Shown: positions 13,269 through 25,100 of the stretch, piece by piece
Layout of the letters: every line of letters starts with the position of its first letter
Position numbering within the stretch: the stretch's first letter is position 1
NCBI GenBank assembly: GCA_964035545.1
Contig: OZ037766.1
Location: 31,362,773 to 31,426,772 of the forward strand
Direction of reading: 5' to 3'
Source: Bugula neritina
Lineage: Eukaryota; Animalia; Bryozoa
Length of the DNA stretch: 64,000 bases
Notes under the pieces: model-generated
Databases searched by the model: none
What the model was told of the DNA's origin: nothing
What the model saw: the letters and a program-made list of their open reading frames with translations, nothing else
Translations under genes and position numbers: made by a program

Positions 13269-16200
13269 TCACACACTCTCTGATATCCACACAACTATAT
13301 CATAGATAGATGCAGTCATGAAGAATACAATAACAATATACTGGAGATGAATCTGTACTTTAGACAAGGGGAGAGGTATATCCAGGTCTCTACAAAGGAT
13401 AATAAAAAGTATTACTTAATAATCAGAATATGCATTGCTAAGTGCTTGTAATATCCCAGTCATTCTAAAACATATACAGAAATGCACTTGAATGAGAGAG
13501 TATTTCTTTCCCTGGCATTCTTGTGTGACAATTCAATAGTATTTCATAACATCGAACCTGTATTTCTTGCTGGTGCATCTCCACACAATAAAACTTATGA
13601 AAAATCCTAACCCAAAATTCAAACCAAGAGACATCAACTTCTCCACAACTTGCAAGAAGCTCTACAAAATAATAATATTAATGATAAAACACCACGGGCT
13701 ACCTTCCCAGCCTCAACTGTAATCGGAGTTGGAATGCAAGACCCCCCCCCCCCCTCTGGGCTCTGTGAGAGCTCAGGCTTAGCCAATAATAATAGTTATT
13801 GAAATAGTAAAATATAGTGAAATATGCAAAGTAATTTAAACATATATTTATATTATAGACCAACTAAGTAACATTAAACATTACACAGTATAATATAGTA
13901 ACATTACCTTAGTATTAAACATTACACAGTATAATATAGTAACATTACCTTAGTATTAAACATTACACAGTATAATATAGTAACATTACCTTAGTATTAA
14001 ACATTACATAGTATAATATGGTAACATTACCTTAGTATTAAACATTACACAGTATAATATAGTAACATTACCTTAGTATTAAACATTACACAGTATAATA
14101 TAGTAACATTACCTTAAGATTAAACATTACACAGTATAATATGGTAACATTACCTTAGTATTAAACATTACACAGTATAATATAGTAACATTACCTTAGT
14201 ATTAAACATTACACAGTATAATATAGTAACATTACCTTAGTATTAAACATTACACAGTATCATATGGTAACATTACCTTAGTATTAAACTTTACACAGTA
14301 TAATATAGTAACATTACCTTAGTATTAAACATTACACAGTATAATATAGTAACATTACCTTAGTATTAAACATTACACAGTATAATATAGTAACAATACC
14401 TTAGTATTAAACATTACACAGTATAATATAGTAACATTACCTTAGTATTAAACATTACACAGTATAATATAGTAACATTACCTTAGTATTAAACACTACA
14501 CAGTACAATATAGTAACATTACCTTAGTATTAAACATTACACAGTATAATATAGTAACATTACCTTAGTATTAAACATTACACAGTATAATATAGTAACA
14601 TTACCTTAGTATTAAACACTACACAGTATAATATAGTAACATTACCTTAGTATTAAACATTACACAGTATAATATAGTAACATTACCTTAGTATTAAACA
14701 TTACACAGTATAATATAGTAACATTACCTTAGTATTAAACATTACACAGTATAATATGGTAACATTACCTTAGTATTAAACATTACACAGTATAATATAG
14801 TAACATTACCTTAGTATTAAACATTACACAGTATAATATAGTAACATTACCTTAGTATTAAATATTACACAGTATAATATAGTAACATTACCTTAGGGTT
14901 AAACATGGCCACAATGAATATGACGGACAGAAAGACAACATTTGCCAGAGAACTTGTAATATTCTGACATTTTATTTCCATAAAGTCACATTTATTCCAG
15001 CTTTCTTTCCACCATGAAGTTATGACTCCTTCAACTAAAGAATAAAGAGTATGAGAGCCTCAGCTACAATTCATACATAACAGTTTATATAGTATTATAT
15101 AATATAACAGTATAACATCATATTTAACATTAAAGCTAGTACAGTTTTTATAACATAATAAACAGTATAATATTATACAATATAATAATAGTATATTATA
15201 CAATATAATAAATTGTATACTAAATCTACTAGTATCTAAACTCACCTGTATGACACAGTATTGTACTGTTAAACAAATAGGACACAGTGATGCTGACCAT
15301 TATGAATAATGAGATTATCGTAGCCACCCAACTATATTGTGGGTAAAGGGAGTTTATCACCTGCAAAAAGACAGCAAAATACTAAAATAAAAATAAGCTG
15401 GGGAAAATACTTTAGAGTATTATTTGTAGGTTTGCTCAATGCCAGTAAAATACAATTTTTCATGCAAAAGAGGATTTGATAAGCAACACATTTAGTTCGG
15501 ATTTAGAATTTTCAATGATCATGACAAGAGTGTCACAGGTTCTGCGGTATTTGATAAACCAATCATATTGTTCTGTAGTCTAGAGTGTCAAAATCATTTG
15601 AACAATGTTTACTTTGTTATACTAGCATATCAATTCAGTTTTCATACATGTGATAGGACATATACAAACAAGATGGATAATGTTTACACTACTTCAACAC
15701 AATGACATAGCATTGGTAGTAATCATAGTAATAGCACTTACTTTAGTGAAGGGTATTGTAGATATTTCTCCATTTTCAGCAGCACTAAAATATACCATAA
15801 GTAATAAGAAATATATAACACAGCAAAACACTTCAATCAGAAATAACTATACTACATTGTAATAAAATAGCAAGAGTTCTCACATACCTCTGAAGAGTGT
15901 AGTCTAGAGGTAGGCAGTACGTCCCGTTGTTAGTCTGAGAAAGAGAGACAGAACAAGGGTCAATCTGTGGTACAACATCCAGAGTAGCCCAACACCAGAG
16001 TACTTCCAGTATGTAGACAGTTATGAGACCAAATGTAGTAGAGATGCGGAGATATCGAATCTGTAGATATATTACAATGTGTAGATATATTACAATGTGT
16101 AGATATATTACAATCTGTAGATGTATTACAATCTGTAGATGTATTAAAAAGGCATTGTGATAAAAAACAGTTGCTAAAAAGAGTTGATAGTATTTTAATG

Positions 16201-19200
16201 GAGCAAACACAAATAATTAGTTAATAGATGCAAGCTACCACAGTTCCTAAATCTAAAATCATTTAAAAGTAGATCTGCTGGTGAAATAAAAAAATAAATT
16301 TCCATTAAAGTTCCACTCCATTTATTTGTAGAAGAGTAGAGATGACTAAAGAAAAAGTCTCACCTCATGTTCCACATATTTAATTTTGGTAAAGAGAAAG
16401 GGGAGGGTGAGGTAGGTCCCTCCTACAGCCACGGTGACCAACATAAATGTATCACCTGCATACCTAAAGTCATTGCTGATGCGGTCATGAACTGTTGTGC
16501 CAACCACAAACGCTATAATAGCCTGTAAACAGAACAATAAAGAAATACTCAGGTATATAACAATGCTAAACGGGGAGAAGCCATGTTCTAGAGGTTAGAG
16601 CACTGGCTAACTGGCAACTGATTACTGTTAGTCAATATACATATAACTTATACAAATTACACCAACTGGTAGTTGTACATACTTACAGCCACAAGGAGAA
16701 GAGATCCCTTGAATAGAGTGAGAACACTGACTAATGGACTCACTAACTTTCTTCCAAACACAGCCAACAAATTCAACAACCAGCAGAAAAATGGAATCAC
16801 TGTGAGTACACTGTAAATTATCCAATCACAAAACATCAACAGCTTTACCTTGCAGGCATAATCAAGTAATTTTATAATGTATTTTCAGTACAGCTAAAAT
16901 AATTGAAATATTCTAATGTAACTTTAAAAAATACAAAGAGCATATAATACAATATACCTATTGCAATAATAGAAATAACTAATAAAATCAATTTGTTTGA
17001 GTTACCATACGTTCAAATATAAACAGAAAAAATGTTACAACATAACACACTATTCTTGAACTAACAGAGGTAAGTGAATAGGAATCGTCTCCACTTACCT
17101 GTTAATGTGAAACACTTCAGCATATGCCTGACTCCCAGCTAAGGCATAGCTAATACCAGCAGTAGAGAAATAAAACAGGAAGTTTATAGTGCTGGCATAA
17201 CTTAGAATTCTGGGTAAGAAAACCTTAGCTAATATGAAAATGTTGACAGCCGGCATTTCATCTGCAAAAAAGGAAAATAATTTACAGGCAAAACGTGAAA
17301 AACCTAAATTAGAAAAACTACAGTGACGGAGACAACAAGAATAGGAAAATAAATACGTATATCTATAATAGCAATTGGTGTAAATGATAACATTTCACAG
17401 GTGCAGTTTAAATATATGAGTGATCTGATGAACGAATAGAAGAAAGAAGAGAAACGTAAAGGGGCAGCTAATACATGAAACACTAAATTTGGTGTTGAAG
17501 GAGAAAAGAGAGCTCGCTGAGCTGGTGTCGAGCAAATCTGGATGTAATTCCAAATCATACCCTACAAGCTAATATCTGACAATAACTATTAGTTATTGAG
17601 GGACTGAGGATAGCTGGCTAGGTCAAGGATTTATCACAATATAGACCTGTGTCTAATCAAATAATCTCAGTTACTAAAATGTAGTAACACTGATATAAAT
17701 AATAGCACATCTACACTGGAACTCTAAACTATTAATACTAAAGTCATGCAGTGAGACACAAATAGTAAGTAGAGGTCAAGGGGAAACTAGCGTGCAGTCA
17801 CACCACGTCATTATCAATAGCAAATACAGCCAATCAGACGCAGATAAAATCCATTCTTATAAAGTCTACATACCTGCTTAACCAATCATAGCTACAAGTT
17901 CACATAAGAGTATCGTCAATAGAATGAGTAAGACAGCAAACCAAAATTATTTTTATGACAGGAAAATGTTTCATTTATAACCAATAGTCTAGACGGGTTC
18001 ATCAAGTGAAATAGCAATCCTTAACTGCTATTAGTATCCTAAACAGATGATCAAGTGACAAACCTGAGCTGCTCTCAGTCTTGCTGAAAAGACTTCTCTC
18101 TTCTGCTGAGTCTACATCACTGAAACATGACTCATCAGTAACTGATGACTCAGCCAATGGTATTCTATCATAGCTCTCCTTTACATCCTTCTACAATAGC
18201 ATACCGGCCATTGATATATATTCCTAACATGAGCTTGATATGCTGATTTAGTGGCTGAAAACTAAATGTTTACGTGAATAGAAGCGACAAAAATTGAATA
18301 GCTAAAATCTGAGAAGCAATTTCATTGGTGAATGCAGTTACAATATATATTCTTATTTTAAAAGTCCCCAAAGCTATCTTTATAAAGTTGCGTTTATACC
18401 TCTGCTGAAAAAAGTACCGATTTTAGGTTAATAACGCTTTTCCGGGTACCCCTTTATAGTCAAACTTAAACTCGTTGAAATCATATTGATGCGGTTGCTC
18501 ACTTTCTGAAATTGAAATTTGACTCGCATAATAGCTATTTGATGCCCTTTGTAAATGTCGTGAATTAGTGAAGCGGAAAGCATAAAAGCGATAATTGAGA
18601 AAGCGTAGGCTATATAATTATAACCGTATAAGTACGTTGTCTAATCGCCAAAGTAATAACTAAATAACGATGTTTACAAGGAGTTATTACTCCTATTCCA
18701 AAATTGGCCGATTAAGTTATCACAGTACAAAAATTTCAACGAGTGGCTTTTACAATGCAATGCAACTCGGAGAAATTTCAACCCGGCCAAATTGAAATTT
18801 TGACCGAAAATCGTGAAGGTATAAACGCAACTTTAGTATACTCGTGTGTACAGCATATAGAGTTGCATATACCTTGGAGTTATCTTCCACTGGTTCCCCA
18901 TGAAGTTGAATATACACTAACTTCTGTAGTGCATCAGTTACAAAAATAATTGAAATAATCTGAAAATCAATACGTTGAAATTAAAATTTGTAATTTAAAA
19001 TAAGAATGAAAGTGAAACAATGCCATTAAAATAAATTATTAACATCTCAACATGCAAGAATACATTGTACATATAAATCAAGACTACATAGTAACAAATA
19101 CACAAGACTGGAGCAAATATACTCTATACTCTATAGTTACAATTATGTACATAAAGCAAACTAGGCTTATATAAAGTATAAAGTAAATTAGGATTATATA

Positions 19201-19918
19201 ACTGCAATATCATCAACACCTGAGTGAGTAGGCAGATTGTCAGCATGAAAAGAAGTGGAGTGAGTCCAGCACGAGCTAAGCTTACAGGTAACCCTAGAAA
19301 TCAAAGCATCAGTTTGCACAATTGCATAATAGCAATAAAATAGCACAAGTTTAATGGAACCTGAGTTTTGTACAAAAACTGTCTTATAAACAAGTAAACA
19401 ACTGTCTAACTGAATTTAGAACAAAGCAGAATGCTGTGAAACTGCTTGTTGAAGAGGGATCATGTGCGACAACACAAGTAGTTTATTTTTACCAACCAAC
19501 TTTGAATAATAATTTACACCCAGTTTTTAACAAGTTTTTAACTAGCGCTAGATTAACTTTCCTTTCATGGTATGAGAATTGCTTAAGAGAGTGATACATT
19601 GAATCCAACTGACCTAATATTCCTGTTCCCAGTGTATAAGCGATTGTTACAAAGTCTGCAAGAAGTAATAAAAAAATGTATCATTAGCCAATAGTAAATG
19701 AGGCTACAAGTTCAAAATGAAAAGAAAATTTGAAGCATGCAATTTTAATCTAACCGAAAAAATTTCAAAAGAAATGAATTTATTTGAAAATGTAGTATTA
19801 TAGAAATGAAGTATTAATGCATGCATAAATTTTAAATACTTATAAACTACTTCTACTTACAACATTGCAAATAAACTAAGATGTTGGAAGAGAAGCTTGT
19901 AGGAGAGCTGGAGGACAT
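13269..19918 (-). CDS. Amino-acid permease-like transporter, paralogue B (14 exons, ~510 aa)
   Basis: Exons 19918-19861, 19655-19614, 19293-19220, 18959-18873, 18190-18064, 17261-17099, 16810-16687, 16522-16364, 16060-15888, 15784-15742, 15360-15246, 15034-14892, 13660-13557, 13389-13269. Intron phases match A. TM1 reads YTLGTGILGLP. Confidence 0.85.
13873..14891 (-). repeat. 41-bp minisatellite (~25 units), intron 12 of paralogue B
   Basis: Same unit and same position as in A. Confidence 0.95.
16058..16146 (-). repeat. 18-bp tandem repeat (~5 units) spanning the exon 9 acceptor of paralogue B
   Basis: Coding-strand unit ATTGTAATATATCTACAG. The last copy supplies the acceptor. Confidence 0.85.
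18383..18835. mobile_element. MITE-like non-autonomous DNA transposon (~453 bp) in intron 4 of paralogue B
   Basis: Perfect 19-bp inverted repeats TAAAGTTGCGTTTATACCT (18383-18401) and AGGTATAAACGCAACTTTA (18817-18835). The interior is richer in CpG, and the element is absent from the corresponding introns of A and C. Confidence 0.7.
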
Positions 19919-22194
19919 CTTCTATCAAACATCCAAGACTTTAGACTATTGTGTAACTACTGATTCCTTTATATTCTTAGTCTACCAAGACGACAGCAGC
20001 TAGATGTTATACACACGATGCATGCTCCTGTATTTATACAAAAAACAAATAGAAAAACTAAGAGATGCAAATAAAATAGGGGTAATATTCAACTGACTCA
20101 ATAACTATAAGCACAACATAAAACTTTGACAATCTTGCAAGAAACTAACAGTAGGTGCAACACTTAGTCTTACAGAGTCACTATTAGACATTAGTGATTA
20201 GTATTAGTATCTGTATTACCATTAGTATCACTATTAGTACTAGTTTATTAGTTATTTCAATAACTTCAAATATTAATTATAAGTATTATATTAATATTAT
20301 TAATATAATTATAAATTAATATAAATATTATAATAATAATTATTACAAGTTGAAGTAAATATTAATATTAAATTCTTAAATTCTAAGTTGAAGCATTCTT
20401 AGTATTAGTTTATTTCATACTAATAGTAAATGTAATATAAACCAACATAATTTAAGTATTAGTAGAGCCACAACGAAGAGCTCATACAATGAATGAATGA
20501 TACATTCTTATTGTCTATTGATATAGGTCAGGTGCAGAGATGTACTTACTTGGTCTTGTAGACCAATGAACTCAATAATTATTGGTCTATTCCAGCTCAG
20601 TGTTGTAGACACTGGAAATTAAATTATAAATATTACAAGTGGATGCAGCTTTTTACTTAGTTTTGGATTGGTGTTTAGAATGCCGTTGTCGAATAGACAA
20701 AACGTGTGCAGATAATTTTCAGAGCTTGAAGAGATTCAAAGAATTAGAAGGTACCAGCCCCCTCCCGATAAACAAAAGATCCTAATTTCGAGGTTGATAA
20801 AACTCTACTATTTATTAAGTACGTTGATCTTAGAAATTTGCCCGAAGCAGCACCGTATTCGCAGTCACTGAGTGCATTGGTTTAGGAAACCAATTTTGAA
20901 TTCAGACAATGTGTAAAAAAAATTATTGTTGAATTTAGTCACCTTGAACTTGGTGCTGCTTCTAACGATGTGTCTAATCTTCACTACCTTGATCTAGACT
21001 AGTTTGCTATTTACTTTACAGTTTACATATGTTTAATTTTTTAATAACCAGTAGTAAACTATTACTATAATTTATTAATTATGTTTAGGATCATATTGAG
21101 GATCATCCTAGTATTCAAGTTTTGCGTGCAATTTGCCATAATAGCTGTACTAATACTGTTAGTGTTTCAGTTTGTAAAGTAAAAGTAGTTTTAACAATGA
21201 TCATGATGATGATGTGATTTATTCATATTGGTTATCATTATCATTATGAGATCATCATTATCATTATGATTATGTCAGTTTTAATTTGTCAATCACTGAA
21301 ACTCAAACTGTAAAAGTGAATGTGAATCGGAATAATTAAAGGTAAAAGTTTACAGTAAATTCAATCACAATATGAATATAAATTATAATTAAATTTCTAA
21401 AATAAAATATAAGTTGAGGTATAGCTATAAAATTAAATGAATATAAATAATATAATATTATTTATTAGTCATTCGACATTCAATTTTATATTGATATTGA
21501 TGTTTAATCATTAATGATGATCATTATCATAATAATGATAATTATCATTTTTCATTATTTCAATTATAAATAATATGATAACGACAATAATACTTATAGT
21601 TATAATGATACATCAAATTCAATATCCATAACATAGAGTAAGAGTTATTGTAATTGTTAATGATTATGATATAAATTACCTAGGTTAATTATACTGATAC
21701 TCATACTAATACTAGTAGTATTACCGTAATACTAATAGTAAACTGCAAGTGCAATAGTACTACTAATACTTATACTTATAGTTATACCTGTACCATGCCC
21801 TCCAATACTAATTTAGTAAGTATAATTATAATAATTATATTTTTAGTTTTTGTTTATGTTATATGTATGCTGCTAAGTATAGTTGTAGTCATACTCATAC
21901 TGCTACTCAGCAGTACTCTAGCTAATAATCAGTGAGAATCATAATTACCTGCAGTTGCAAAATTAAAGATTATGTGCACTAGCTGAGCAGTTGATAAGAA
22001 TAGTGTATTTATATATTTTAATAATAATTATAGTATTTCATAACAATATATAATGAAAACGAAAACAACTGCTCTGTTTTTAGACATGCTTCTGCATTGA
22101 GAGTGTATTTAGGTGACTTGAATGAACTGCAGTACAAGGCTGAATTATGGTATATAGTCACAGCATATAGCTGCAGATCTACATTCATGTTGAG

Positions 22195-25100
22195 ATGGCC
22201 CAGGGTCCTTCTTCAAACTTCTTAACTTATTTACAATGCTGTAAGTCTAACCAATAGATTTACTTTTAAATTTCTTTAGCTTTTCACAAGTCTTTATTGC
22301 ATATTCAGTGCAATTTTGTTGTAGTTGTTGGATTTATTACTTATCATTTTTCTTAAAACTGTAGTGTGCTGTGTGATAAATATTTAGTTATTAGAAAGTT
22401 GAATTTATCATGTTATCCCTTTTAGATTTTTCAACAATGTCATACATTTTGGGAGCCGGAGTGTTAGGTAAGCTATTATTTATTGTTCTTGTATCAAAGA
22501 GTTAAATGGCATAAATTTACAGGCTATTGGGTGTAAAAGATACTAGAAGATCTGTCACAAAAGCTTTTTACTATGTTTTGACTTATTAATTAAGAAATGA
22601 AATTTTAAAATAAAATTGTCTATCAAATATACTAGTTGAACACTTTGTTTTAAATATAATTTTACAGATTTCTCAATTATTATTTTTATATACCATGTTT
22701 GTAGTAGTTCCATTTTTTTTCATGATTAAATTGCTTTTCTTTTATCTTTCATAATAAATCAATCAGATTGCAGCTGTTGATGTTTATATCAGAGCTTGTT
22801 TAACTTCAGTGAAGTTTTCTATATGAATTTGCAAGATTATTGATATTATGTTTGACTGCCACATGGTAAATAGAAGTTATGTTGCTATTTTCAGATTTGG
22901 GATTTGTTTAGTGAAAGTACCACTTCCCACCGAAATGTAATAACTTCAAACTTGTATCACAACAATTGTTTTATTTTCAGGTTTACCTGTGACATTAGCC
23001 CGTGCTGGACTTACTCCATTTCTTCTCTTGATGACAATATGTCTAGTAGCTCAGGTAGTACACCTGTATTATTGTGTCTCCTATGAGCATTATTTTAAGC
23101 TACATCTAATATTATCATATAGAATATTATATAGTCTATATAATAGACTGTCAAACAGACTTTCAAATAGACTATTGAATAGACTATCGGATAGACTGTC
23201 AAATAGACTATCGAATAGACTATCAAATAGACTATCAAATAGACTATCAAATAGACTATCAAATAGACTATTGAATAGACTATCAAATAGACTATTGAAT
23301 AGACTATCAAATAGACTATTGAATAGACTATCAAATAGACTATTGAATAGACTATCGAATAGACTATCGAATAGACTATTGAATAGACTATCGAATAGAC
23401 TATCGAATAGACTATCGAATAGACTATTGAATAGACTATTGAATAGACTATTGAATAGACTATCGAATAGACTATTACAGATATAGACATTTTATGTCTT
23501 TCATACTGTTTAGATTAGAAATCAAGAATTTTTCTGAAACTACTAACAGAAGTCAACTTTATTTCAGAAGTTTTGTCTTACGACATATTATAATATTATT
23601 TATGTTGTCAAAACAGCATGTTGGTTAAAAGCAGCAAATTTTATGAAATGAAATAGGTCTTTTTAATAGTTTCGTATTTCATTGGATGACCTGTTTTTGT
23701 CATTTGATTATGTATTTTCACAGTTCTATGCAGCTCATGCTTTTTACAATTACTGCTATAAATCAATCTTAAATCATTTTTATTGCTTGAGTGACCCACT
23801 TCCCCCCCCCTCGGAATATTGTGGCCTGTAATCTCTAATGATTAATTGCCGTTTGCATTCCATACTCTGCATTTATTAGTTTGGGGATAACTTTATTTGG
23901 AAAAGAATTTTGTGGTACATTACATTTTAGGTAAAAACTGGATAACAATTTTTCATTATTGCTTTTGCTTCGCCATGACTTACATATTTTGAGTAGTAAT
24001 CCCATTGCATAGAGATGTTTTTATTGGGATAAACAGTATGCTGTGTGACTTGATGCTACCATTTTGTAGATCATTTCTATTGTTCTTATAACTGATGTCA
24101 TACAGAAGTTAGTGTATGTTCAGCTACATGCAGAAATCTCTCCAGATGACAACGATCCAACCGTACGCATTTTTTTACTTATTTCTTGTTGCTCAAATAA
24201 TTTCTGGTTTGACTTCATTTTTTGAGAGTATTAAGAGGGGCTGCTAAATTTATCCAAACAGCTATGTAATATATTTGTTGTGCTTAGATACTGTAAAATG
24301 TCAACGTTGTCAACCTGCTATCCTATACCTCGTAAAGTATTATAATCTCATTCAAGTGGAGGTTCATTCAGTGTAAAAGGAAAGCAGTAGATGTAACACG
24401 TTTAGTTAAACTAGTAGTTTTGGTAGCAAATTAATTTTCGTCATTTAAGCTATGAACTCATAACAGTAATATACACCAAAGGATTGATAATATTTTGCAT
24501 AAATTAGCGCACTACATACACCTGTGCACACTATATATTTACACCAATACACACAGTACACACAGTATATACAGTATATATGTTTGTTTGCTGGCTTGGC
24601 ATAAAACTCTTTGATTGTCGGAGCAGCAACACTAAAGCAAAGTTCTAATTTCTACTGAATAGCTTAAATGACTCATCTGTAGTGCTACTAGTATAAATAT
24701 AGCAATATTATGTCATTTGCAAATTCAATTTTTTCCTAATAAATATGAAATTAAAGTTTCAAATAAACTGATGGTAGTATTTACCTACCAAAGAGCTTGA
24801 CATGATATTGTAGAAGGATGTAAAGGAGAGCTATGATAGAATACCATTGGCTGAGTCATCAGTTACTGATGAGTCATGTTTCAGTGATGTAGACTCAGCA
24901 GAAGAGAGAAGTCTTTTTAACAAGACTGAGAGCAGCTCAGGTTTGTCACTTAAAGTGCAAGTTTGTATATAATAGTGAGAGAAAGTTGAGGCAAGCTGTG
25001 TTTGTTTCTATATCTAACCAGCGCAACACTTGCATTTATTGTGAAAATTTTACGCATGCCGCTAGTATTTGAACTGATCATATAATAAAAATAGTTCACA

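Noticed and set aside
16628-16825. ORF MDNLQCTHSD... (also 26750-26962)
   Set aside because: Out-of-frame reading of transporter exon 7.
22989-23490. ORFs with NRLS / SIVY repeats
   Set aside because: Translations of the intronic 12-bp repeat; only 22981-23054 is exon.
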